DNA of 64,000 nt, taken from Barthelona sp. PCE. Its lineage: Eukaryota. Each line of letters begins with the position of its first letter. The first letter of the stretch is position 1. Location: assembly GCA_040285745.1 (NCBI GenBank), contig JAUFOR010000003.1, positions 682,001 through 746,000 on the forward strand, in the 5' to 3' direction. Below the pieces are notes generated by a model. The model was not told where the DNA came from. It ran no database searches and worked only from the letters and a program-made list of their open reading frames with translations. Below are positions 59,301 through 61,587 of this stretch, one piece after another. The translations under genes and the position numbers were made by a program.

Positions 59301-60094
59301 ACTGCGTCGCCCAATGTAACTATATTAGCATAACCCAAAAACTCAACAGACCTTTTGATGAGTCCGTTACCACTGAATTTGAGATTACTACCTTTACCAG
59401 AATATATCGATGCGTAGGTTAACCATGTGAAATCAGAGGAGGCTGGGTTCCAATGAAAAGTACCATCTAGCCACATAATACCAAAATTTGTGTGCTTTGC
59501 CTTCATTTCAAAAATTGCATTAGTTGAAACGTTTAAAAAACCAAATGTTTTAAATTCGGCCGCGGAATCACCAGAGGAGAGAATATCTACAATGATATGT
59601 GAGTCTGGTAATACAGTTGTTGCTGTCAGAGCAGAAAGCTGTAGAAAAGATAAATCTTCACAAACGATTGTAAAATCGTCTTCAAAAAATACTTCCCCTG
59701 ACGATATCTCCACAGAAGTGGCGAAACCAATATATTTGTTGTGATTGGACATCCTAGTTTCGGCTACGGAGAAGAAAGCTCCAAAACCTTCAATTTTTCC
59801 ACCCTTCCAATAAAAAGTCAAGACAGTGACGATTCCATCCCAACCCAGTTTCAATTTGGGTTGTAGATTATTATCATCACCTAAAATAAGGGTGGAAATG
59901 GTGACTCCCTGATCAATTTCAAGGGTACCTGAAAAAACGTTGACGGTATCGTCTACTGTGGGAACGTGCCCACAAGACCAGGCCTCAACTGTTGTCCATT
60001 CTGCCTTCTCAGCTGAAAAAGTGCAAATATCTGCGAATGCAATACCCAGGCATAAAAATACCCAAAATATGCGAATGTGCTTGTGAAAGAACAT
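32339..60094 (-). CDS. Giant (~9,250 aa) cell-surface protein: beta-helix super-repeats, Pmp-like repeats, Cys-rich repeats and a multi-pass TM domain
   Basis: Single 27.8-kb ORF. The ATG at 60094 gives a signal peptide (MFFHKHIRIFWVFLCLGIAFA). Recurrent GG-R-G and W/FxxG motifs, GGAI/FxxN repeats, CxxCxxG repeats and a hydrophobic C-terminus. Confidence 0.9.
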   Translation of the reverse strand: MFFHKHIRIFWVFLCLGIAFADICTFSAEKAEWTTVEAWSCGHVPTVDDTVNVFSGTLEIDQGVTISTLILGDDNNLQPKLKLGWDGIVTVLTFYWKGGKIEGFGAFFSVAETRMSNHNKYIGFATSVEISSGEVFFEDDFTIVCEDLSFLQLSALTATTVLPDSHIIVDILSSGDSAAEFKTFGFLNVSTNAIFEMKAKHTNFGIMWLDGTFHWNPASSDFTWLTYASIYSGKGSNLKFSGNGLIKRSVEFLGYANIVTLGDAVVEIQSNMLKTYGYFSALGSSHLILTGDCYVELCSFEGIKDNATVTVQNGCQFAPFVVNVTMSPSDKARLIFEDNVLFFREGEEFTYFNFNLNGGTVYVNRIATAMYIQHLNGTSGSIHLGTGSFIVPVDFMLWDGDAKRYGPDKIQVDVLNWKTGWIYDETLVTGELITQIGNFKEVSGNFLPRDATLTLASTANVELEHNTFMLLGANSHLILYTELDLLGDLFIHTTSNAIFDMMDGSEINLNNNSFVVGSLYDRGLCCINGYSFLSSSSRFFEAMGGSINDICSSFTSQCCGPTQVEPFDNSKFFKPIPFMYWSTPNDNCSLSGESPVQHRLTDWIYSQDRHAENYQQTNRMLTSCAKLYATSQTTADRYHDFARCPTTVHSTYNGGFLRINSGAAITVSNNGSLDFAFDLRLINNGLISVDDSSALQPLGKITLTGSYEMDGVVKVLNNLEVSEDAVFSGDGYFDLMIPESYVIFHGTYNLGPNITFNRGHWIFSEKSKVREFDNVLLSNMIFKFDMTTTFEHSIGNIIAINSNVEYYQSNLFEISAMNMTNCTGLFWYHREFIVDYTHLEAQTNVTYTVLYQDVTLSTFEVIHSSILFKDCDYYLTALLPPRRIQLDVALFDNAVIMGTDFIYVMKSTVHSLHMKGQTEYYFYETYITGESFFDEYQANIFIGDIDRTPGVTAVHFQSHTTINCTDLLLRTYARVSVYFHDTFDIHGNFRLLKQQYGSWSLNYYVHRFKAVTTFHNESTFYTNQNIKYDSQSVVLVNDHGGPLVYENAVVDVAGVFNFEYNANGMQFYQGTYDFDVNSVVSAVSFATNAQFELLHENAVVEFYGTMKMNTVFTHHGGKLYLYDAFVNWQVITMNTSIPALLHLRSIANSSNPTSNWFNLTSIEQFSGQLVLQQMMPIHVNSVILGERTSSSDAAYLVFDNVPEFYAEDYKFFGGYHAGQGTLNIMNSTLWEKGGLDDSVYLNALTPNVILRTNGSKFMRNYASFASNANMTVIEEGFAISGGKGVQFHIRDGLQMHIKTSSEFNRVEQCLPAFASGAMDSMAVFYPLSNTHGCNQLPLPWLKIDGSLIIDADATIEWNVTVNSPLNIAPNVTAVFAGGGVFSGEINLPDVVGGELSSSVVMMGPTVITNTAIVSGNGSVFTVDSGGYVRFGGKWLLGSNLQVNAGTLHFVSGADFLIDNITTIGGSAVFTSAPASCIDVWTLAHVELYNGIVQFINIDKQLVIEWLAIQGGSVQFKNLAKPVIIRGMLITGGQVDFGELSEPLDLLKLDVRNATVTFNTGFNVTIKELYLAGKARIKTQDTVVLSDGFHWRAGEFDGHLVVLDSAFSVLTSAKGMDNAIPFLQSNSQLDFFSNWYIDQDVTLYCDRGSVINAHNKTFVFGTVDIVDGYYHDPHDLLPSNGDVAVLNINEMHMINVSNFITAFPDDMLVSRLGLLRTQVSQKVHLTSYIYLELNDVFLRQGVIGIQRGVLKGEMSTNASTVVDLFGNNEFIIEETGVFSGLAEVRFYNYTTLTVLGLFDTDHSCFNISYGTVQFINTGRFSFDSVHQQGGLFIIDGVENGQSLAFNEIHITYDQSVHNQRSTFKLLDVGQKVEISSFILEDSVIVIDNVRNTINFQQENVSFIRSDVDIKDVHGFFEDFEYIFEESIVYLTDIHLKLSRFVSNYSRMYLRDFRAGSTISEIFVYGESEPPHGVFLDMDSPSNDITVDVLTMFGGEFTMFNETVVLDHFDWYTGSISYGTELVFNTGRALSSDRKFLIDKHTMIKALTRFEWMGGQLVGEEHCLFHIPSPSVLSVSSPELFKFNDRRGWGQWRETEFNVQRTQLLIDSGAKWFIDIGDETFDSQFNVVLDGDLIIESGMFAVSGGMDLGGTVLLNSSIAGLAFRTSESVVEEGATITTGGNFSTVSVSNSGSLTVRGLINLPGPIDTVGGIMIVEDNGDLKTTSFTIDRAYFEFNSINNNRRYESLTLRCAYYKSVDSNISFSQVDATISALNLISVPDNVVFADKLFVDYVYMYGGPQITVGEALMGLFIQHQSHILYNTSFSLYLDMYDYHYIMKQADITFNGVANLSTSYFSSWNPHILLFGYNTITNNDLFVMETPLWFTRFKDHDLQTNFDNYGTVVVNITQPTTQRGLLMEMVYNDYNYTLILDTYFILRITEGSTIHKLLEVRTVGCDDCGFLLEESNLLIKENATCSVHHGKLNTADDESWYFIEGIWDSHDHFEWRQVGHIAFRRTAIFDFVNITIGNGYVYISDTCEKEGVLDIDVFEMQGGAIVIRNLLCDSIIDTFLQKGGIMFIDGVIGNATFNTMDIVGGEGLIADIRDDVTVDRITAFGGSTTIYDIGKSVKINTIDSKGADFTVRNFTHCLLRNVTMNGGEVSITDSRAGYVEMINVEVNNGLFFIAHHENITYHYIEYNGGTIHNLDVDYGVWYEQNPILGDFIWEEVHFNLSVPNVLNQTSGAQHFVNWDFDWIIHGVILDTVGILNFSTGHKPECAYIEHLNGSIAGTDNITVNTIYYWHAGFISGTLETPLEIVTPLMYILTSSDHETSYAKVRITAGMELFGTPLIIGDRSRFIVYADGFILAKSKVRFYPYHYLNGHQQSKYPILEVGNDVNFTVVDTMNLHWNFIQKGGNYYQNAAELNLGVGGATIEGNVHICDACILLMSNKIVDGGYVFSTSFEYNFKNTSVLRGMNFKLNFANNMIATFEGVFEPFYINSTSGAVVSFNEAQHNVSYVFAEKSVITFDNSIYVPNIDMWHIHMNLTGHAAGTTLHLKSVTSDVGIDNDWRFECGTHLILENFLDNNITLPDLRMQMGGKISFESTFNVPIVNNILQLNHACSTISMYSANTFYINELQLMQGTKRGTDTIITDSIVWEGVSAYDGKIVTNTTKFVGVLSSYMKGMNLTVIDHLEFDKNGTMTVDTDAVIVSNDVIDVNNSTKLVGAGWLEAYNEVNVYTDWEALCRVRLYENVNFEVNNDIYLSLGPGTYDGNFTMFHGVDIHLGGDGDHVFGATSWINGYNSTVVTLSEKADMTFHGYWLFSSRIEQHYGATLQFFEPAVINITDVYCSDGLIWFKQVMAWDPDSPTLAGTWHVNSALTRRTGEIRFDEFNDTVQLDVLLIEGGVTIFRDIKNVEKFKEMRVEGGYLIFDTGVPEVKFNTLTLDGGFRCGSDNLVVDNLIWKRGGFIGAAKTNRTLTTVTNHTEIFTNNVKYMALRSEVVINGTLDVHDDFSYTTCEGSNIIRFYGSNFPEAMGQMTGNQHFYNQIYGSCSKNACPRYLDQFNRVPVKHNAGLWAQVPKPLCNHFRSAYAGHGLYLRNHGELNITDGSLTFPQSQFFGTGNWTLHNSDIVTLYNFNLWNNSHILMHNGSSLAHKSGKSFIDANSSIVEVLDGPPPEGGIAKDPPTLVFTYPGSNIYGIYTAVALNVDGLIQLSTIDMTYGRLNLRDESSLITDTIIIKGTTCTAATDHYCAHIRVYDVQPMLDVKNLILYGGLIEFFMQSEGEFDRLENRGGIVGGLNNIRVNEEMLWEKGEFIDGVTVRALELMTLTGQYEKIIRSNTVLISEKKAIVSGIGMLNLQNNATFINNGEMNITRTSAIKSGGSLRSSFFNNGIFRLNYPCNDFKSYVSFDSGADTVVELNYGSLHLIEGGIFGGNFSVMNPSARLFVGEFGYNTPFGETQILNFTQSSDYRMYGEITVNEGSEVAFHGNVFSNTTMVADGGTLHFHNQCVLEKLDDVIVRASTGVINFFNVSGDVRLDSVQQYDGCINFSSGKDCYVNTLIIEGGLRGGVDTLYVVDYLKWQGGGFNSNSTTVVLKMGEVLKSGKSILQAYARLVNNGTLRFPPDKQLTISEPASLTAYEGAELVNNHNATLELAQDIYFSLSNGTNEAFFINDGNVSVTARNVISYLTCINHRSIYLNVGLFSCSSGGYSNDTIYVDPSATFGVSSEFEIKEGSQFLGSEAVILFDTIPNSTHEAILDIKGYFESSNVKITERGSLVFHSTSSISNSTSFNINSANVTILPRDQPLNFDTIFLSDGYFLSCSDFDVHVDKFYLKGGFRGCNDTLYIDSLLLWERGGLMDDGTTVSLNSTMMMNDNPFIDRLPVELLPSLNLQLLDNSTFVNRGNTSVQFKLNLRGDPNARIINEGYFKVMKPAKFAEPWDVGDAYIPDNSADSFAELKDEFDITVNTEKATFINRGTLTGIEDDPAAKDYKKGLDFQSDWRLVLEDGVFELNFPDFVVSMNQGYYADSGNLTMTDDTSLLIESDFVFDVNSSLTGFNSELHVANSSTLVIGGYYCLKGEKSIVSGVGELIFTPTAVVCDGAVLHLCGINLTISEGQAVHLRSLTLDCGSCRTGNGELHVQELQVPHGCFNGPGKTLIPVDGEGYMNTTAAHTIGNGHEFDIAGSMIIKQEAVWDGSNSTIEVLETGKLSICSGSDVTFSGDNSTFELINHGTLAKDCGSVSIDAQVSANYTQTKTGTFYIGKGEFNLVGDHVQLKGNVSIGSEGVLPITDDREFSGEGSFTVACGGAFPISDDGSLTLNRMAFNYSGECPYAHTGGDLSFSNDSSITPDLDLLITNSEIHFDDTTCPLTIDNVFLSSGNVTYDTDCEVEINVLDIVDGLRGGSSVVTVSEVMVQKGGFNGGTTHLYNGNFTSSGYKYIVDSTVTIEDSIDYIDGSLDLKNSATLQVKPGATMLFPDFPQEQTRVLDGDASSQFINNGTVAKMGESVYFNFPMHNDGLLSVRSGNFYIDSSAMSNNYDTIEIKAGTSIYMSSMTLWPNSVIEGEGDLYINGYVSAMELSKFNVSGCIYIAAGGNLEFDRINVDELNICEIDNGGKLTINGCTFGNLTVDTSKGEIEVTDSMVNNIVIEKVESGSNTFTNTVINNTVLKKLKSSTFEFWNTSTDATFSSVEGSSQVFVFADSVLNITEFNVKGGSTFTSYPASSLEIACDLNIATGSAVELTGEWTIDERNARVSGSSIYLSSDGRMIGTDNFINLDLISSELRGDVSIQTADIRNGVFGFNSLLNIQNMTVRTAGELYFKENATVYVHNVVDWRSRNILGDHKASLHCLETCDFNVTNKNDDMLDPNNLPNELRPILYTYGDVNFMGGMGNITIEWQWMMYDTTVRVGDEVIVTTQSVTNMTDSVFILSPNSILDIQSNFSMPMGSNLTGDGEVHLTHPNSWVILNGTFDLSERIWIDDGLLDLRATKIEELHLDWTNGTVLFREIFGRDIYIEIVEDDHIQFIEDNDLNSLTIGTMIGDTVEIGPANIKLVDIRKIESGDVHFRPGGNVTKLTFPDIDGGSIHFHDNFHANITSINIGGDSDIYFHPDTDVTTPTLVLHDDSNVHYEDECCGSPIIIDELILWDKTRANFTYTTSVNIRRLETHDESNVLSDTHVLVSEWDWIGGGVDNSTVITIKDRWHVTSNEPHHINPDSHVLITPDTDAHIEGCSSPTCGGITLHDDSLIEIIDDSTLYLNDTSNILLIKNDGECDAETGVLRVNSNGLVSSSHRNAEISTKLNVSEGGELMMTAGSMHLSCYANISGDIYVCKTCTLFIEGDTDIYGRIYGPGTVRVQPTGNLRLHNLCGANLKYIVDSGNMTIEDTATCDGVDVDVVFGGRVDHYGIVGDFNVSARDDGVFYSHDIATITRVHNIHLDGDEDTTLVRIGTDVTLDDDHSIVIDDGDLLFDVGAEVMGCPNAVVNGGNFSLEYKAIKYNRICYIRMEGGYLNMNTLSDLYINDIVISGGEIDGVDTTRIENNLVFENGVISNTLTNIMPNSVAYYNTTGIKTVKTQYINMGDMIVDAGTIRVHDMNIHHMVNVTPVTPVKFEPIDHTSVLTLLDGDMNLLCNNGEEKITFDVNVTIATTDAIVDKCYAKFNGVTDMEQSTFTFTDTNSKFEFTDVGLIASTVTNTGPGSIGVSGNNAHLTYEAVTNMEGGVVYSLSGDVLVPSGTTINAVGFRASMNPSNIYIRDSIVHRTNFTAGGNIFVDDSTINQITEIGQGGSSIIQFDNSSIVNMTETLVYNDGGDFIVNNTVDLIGDCAELRMFAGNMYLDANWDDICSITLVDGHLLVGNSNITTHNMTLRNGSPVISGDGNVTVRTFFVFDAGELVGNVTTHLLNTSKSSVESTKTKSLRDGHKIVNNGNLTFTTDSIIEGHDALLVNTPDGYIVMDPGAHLLHSNDSSIINVIENNGNVTIRGLSDNPVLIQWIYDDYEVSSMCNTIFNSQLTITDDMDLPNGCYLINTGATNLVPGVTITGEGRLISTSASATLNISGTVDMIGEIVVTSEAQGFAPMGTWINGTLTVSDSSTFNLGDISVDRMELVVEDGGFVNVTSTTSTEGGCATFSSISVVDSELVLDEVSCLNLSYGSFDQYGTADVVVNGDLTAVAANFTVHDGNLLFNLSSVIDSVLSDFRLTDGTFENNAFQPVVLRTFTLDGGVRSGSTLLNATHIRLVDGELSGGGETLAHTNLTLKCSVKCVVDNGHTLTNDGSARFTSGTVELGESTILNNNGEFVLVGGSINVQPAAIGSLLPVFNNTGTLSKDLSTAFVLETSLHNIESATLNILSGTLEIGTDSYSEGTINVDAGAVLSLNGLFVFNDTSRLNGDGTVLVSVVPSNVFLGGLVNLDGCAVVNDGTLHVTDSALVQSMCLETDGGQTFFEDGSLVPHITMRRIDGGSVTMQSGSEILNVSTANINGGVINVLDGASVNLTNTVIDITDGSLSTNDGALVNFTDSTVILTGGFLNVTDSSLINAHLKMLRLCSGVFNYSDSLLLNIDNFELCGGIREGDGHINATNIVFTSGELRNDANTTVHNGVFADNFAVSDAHKLNIAGIVLSNGTVSVEETAVMRILPDASWALTDGNVVGEGLLENYGDVVKNGTGDFISEIDFINYMNVTVNNGSIITGTKHIDNYGSWLNNGGDSVVRDAIFTHHTPSFIGGDESFIMEHPDGVLNVFGTALPGIGEISVIDGTLLFRDCVAEDIIVVSESDTIFGDCQYQDLNLTMLNGTVLFDNATVPNMHSYTARDRGGSTTFTNSTVGIGEFSITDAARTVINVTESGHLLGKDAATMVFTNPMGQFIMDSATLLDVDSIYMDAGSIRGSGDIEVNNMTFIGGTLEGGVTTTVSDDMLIDANPTIDDSHVLNSDGKSNITDVTMSGDSALYNRGTMILNDGALSTDSTTTVFVNEKTLKTGDPTESSIVEVNFRSMPNSNIFVYSNTTLSLTNSTLYDIVNAVVQHDGLLESTSAMESNATFNVDGTVDISTGSASFLLDGYLQTNGDGVFTVSSALTVIDTPGDFRIEGVDPSATVHQLKTDGIAPIITVGGSHGIINVEGFVTQLVGDTNGTYVVLNNSANIVDEMSGDFCGDFSALESSNVHSVSDLWFCGNAKAEFEDGSAIDIENARIGVRDDATLSVAPTASAGHVNNVNFISMGESKTEWEAPGHFYVVDMSGGDVIISNITGIDILNMNDGNLTTLVPHVIVATLEFKGGDLSPFNMTVDDLNLYMTQNATLSGNITVPHSFKFDSPVDMSFNDGSVTVEGPVEFSANVVIRNMTETDANKIASRDVTITAAESDVNVLYTTPNVISTGGTAVVGRFSTCNITLRNGGAGSHLNTVIGEECSVLFDNGTYTGMLQPEGNVYVIDDLNKYEGELTLTPSTVVRMSLTNETEHDKLDVNGTVNFDGTFNLDFSMTAEFNRGDSFGFIPYKHHTGKFNNLTGSCIVNFALRYPNDGFLLVVGRDIVDDLPTDVYIWNRGANSICCGTLEAPCRTYTYALTRSIPYDTFVFANGTYWGDDHVPVIVSPKHPVNIVHNDDAPVVFDGSNSRAALIIFGNDAPISVENIDVVNAINPVLISDALVTIQNMTLTNTTADDIASPYYNGFSGISLRDTVGEIKNIMFENASSTPLLIERNSDINATGVVITDSETDTSLISIDSSSLKANNITIDSSATTAPVVSAFASNVAIDPMVVDSVNSGLFDLHDTNLFASVSVSDSNGDALVTAVDSSIQLNDTEITNLNSPLLALESCGLEINGIKIENNGVNNTILNIVDCNDPVTLIDVDMKGIDSNSSVIRIENCEVIMQACSFEDIHTPAIVTAQGANVTLSGVEINGFEGDHVISVKNSGIVLDNSSCRHAISPSMGACLFVDDSDALISNSTFEDNEALVGGAIAVQGNASIHDNAFRRNRAEIAGGAVAFVDPNTSFNESNPSVDDLFMSHEDDISDNSIADNQFSSNTAGDIGGAWFSNLKQVPTNADADSNSYYANEADSYGADAATDPRKLRVSVDEPFDEQSETEPKKHVHVVVVDGFNTSVVDSTLRRLSLAPSSALFSIRGVLSQSSASGQQSFNDLVVSGSPNEYRIDVSTPGLISGSGLVNVNRCPIGEGLYSGECRLCPEGTYSDEPRATSCTQCAPGFWTDGTGSLDCQPCVAGSYRNETMFGCQRCDESSFNFVPASTTCDVCPLNQVSDESRTACQCFGDTFPLTDTECIPCPDGMMCFGGNQTCVQRGYFKDSDGTVKRCQSAGCPGTCSSLQASSNTTTEPEAFCDDGYLGADCSLCEEDSMKLAPLCVKCLPPWLTIALYALLQLLTISTIVMIVADVKMKFPSISSYMPLMIFMQILGSFHRTSPQQLPGSLHWVFIVCDLMFLDLSRGHLLGCVWPPAKTFAFRYYYHAALPIIALIGTLFKFKRHASKLEKADFRSYRWVQTFVVLGMAMFAPVYHVILEIGGCKELSGEWVLATDITVRCFTSEWKSFLIPSIIFGVALLVMGVMMGRGQTSNSVNIKNVNQPDTLSQAVASALNAPYKATGFGNQIIIFLYELFLVGALFLLVNHPLTQSLTALFIAVVGFIIHQTRMPYSPQDSNRLVSIYHMCTVVILSFWVICALDPESTLQDESSGLISLILLLFVAVNLIMAIISIILSLLHRKVYKVNNDANMFRPNRLMNPLVSVAQSNIAQVTAASASAEGLESNIFNFDDFA

Positions 60095-60384
60095 AGTTCT
60101 AACACGAAGTTTGCGAAAAAAAGAATAAAGAGAGGGGAAAAAAAGAAAACGTGTAGAACGACGCTTATATAAAAATGTTATTGGGTGCATGGTGCTAAAG
60201 TACACATTGCTGGAAATTGTGCAAGCAAATATTCTCAGATTATATAGATATTACCTCACTTTTTTTTTATTGACCGATAAACGAGTAACACTTTTGTTTT
60301 ACCTCAAAACCAAATATCTGTGGACTATTTTTTTTTACTAATGAAAGATGTATGAGCATAAATTAAAAAACTTCTACTAAATAA

Positions 60385-61428
60385 TCAAGGTTCCTCTTGC
60401 ATTTGCTCTGTTAAAAGGATCTCATTTTCCACAGTTTCATATTCCTTGGATTTCTTCTCTCCTTTCTTCTTAGATTCTGATGTGAGACTATAAAGAAGGA
60501 AACCAAAAATAATCAGAATAATAATAAGTACCTTGATGGAAGTAATACAATCAGGGTCAATTCCATCATCAGATTCGCATTCGTCACAGAAGAGGATATG
60601 TGAAAGACTGAAACCAATTACAGTTTGAAGAGCTTTGAGGATTCCAGCAACTACTGCATCTAGTTCTTTTAAACAATTGTAAAATAAATATGAATGAAGA
60701 GCATTATTAATAATAAGAATTATGTATATGATGCAAATCAGCATAATCGATCCATGATGTGTATTGATTTCATGAACTATTAGTGTATCCCACTTCGGAT
60801 ATAAAAAGATGCATTGATAAATTGTTAGGAATATCAAACCGTAGGCACCTAACCAACCACTGAGATGCGCAGGGGAGATATGATATTCCTTGTTCTTTAA
60901 AATACTCTCACTAATAGGATAAATAGAAGAGTGTAAGACTACACCACAAATAAGAACTATAGAACCTAAGAAGATATTTCCCTCTCCCGAAGTCTTGGTG
61001 TTACCCCCAACAACCTGTAATGTGCTTGCGAGGAAGATCATAAAGATTCCCATGTACTGTCCTTCAGAAATCTTTTTCTTCAAAAAGAATCTGGACATAA
61101 GTGCAACCATAGGTGTACAAAGAGAATAAAGAATGGTGAAGAGTTGACTAGATCTTGCGATTGTGAGTCCTAAATTGCACAAACTCTGACCTGTTAAATC
61201 GAGAATAGCAAGACCCAAAAGGTAGCGTTGTGGAATTGTAGTTGGTTTTTTGGAAGATTTATCGACTGCTGGCATGAAATAACACACGGCCATACCAATT
61301 AAGTTGGCCATGTACGTCACTAAACCATTAAAAAAACCATTTCTAGTTAAGGAATCAATAAATAGTGGTTGCCCAGCACCTGTCAATGCAAAAAAGAATG
61401 CTCCGAAGCCTAAAACTATGGGATTCAT
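60385..61428 (-). CDS. Drug/metabolite transporter superfamily protein (SLC35/nucleotide-sugar transporter-like)
   Basis: About 10 hydrophobic segments; LDLTGQSL.NLGL, SQLFTILYS, SRFFLKKKIS..QYMGI and DAVVAGILK. Likely ATG at 61428. Confidence 0.8.
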   Translation of the reverse strand: MNPIVLGFGAFFFALTGAGQPLFIDSLTRNGFFNGLVTYMANLIGMAVCYFMPAVDKSSKKPTTIPQRYLLGLAILDLTGQSLCNLGLTIARSSQLFTILYSLCTPMVALMSRFFLKKKISEGQYMGIFMIFLASTLQVVGGNTKTSGEGNIFLGSIVLICGVVLHSSIYPISESILKNKEYHISPAHLSGWLGAYGLIFLTIYQCIFLYPKWDTLIVHEINTHHGSIMLICIIYIILIINNALHSYLFYNCLKELDAVVAGILKALQTVIGFSLSHILFCDECESDDGIDPDCITSIKVLIIILIIFGFLLYSLTSESKKKGEKKSKEYETVENEILLTEQMQEEP

Positions 61429-61587
61429 GCGACAATATTCGTAGTAACTGAAAAGGGATGTGTTATGAAAAACAGGGGATTCTATATTTTGTAAGTCGCC
61501 AAATATGTCTAAAATGTTGATTAAAAGTGAATCCAGGGTACTAATTCCACAAATAAACAAAAAAGAAGTATCTAAAATTTTTACTAT

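Noticed and set aside
32364-59744. Dozens of 60-207 aa ORFs antisense to or out of frame within the giant gene, and similar shadow ORFs elsewhere (e.g. 990..1652, 21055..21558, 29794..30147)
   Set aside because: They overlap well-supported genes, have no recognisable motifs, and are expected by-products of codon bias.
60095-60205. N-terminal extensions in the ORF track (also at 11665, 20118, 24267, 30232 and 61560)
   Set aside because: They are mostly TTG/GTG starts or AT-rich promoter-like sequence. Downstream ATGs give sensible N-termini, such as the signal peptide from 60094.
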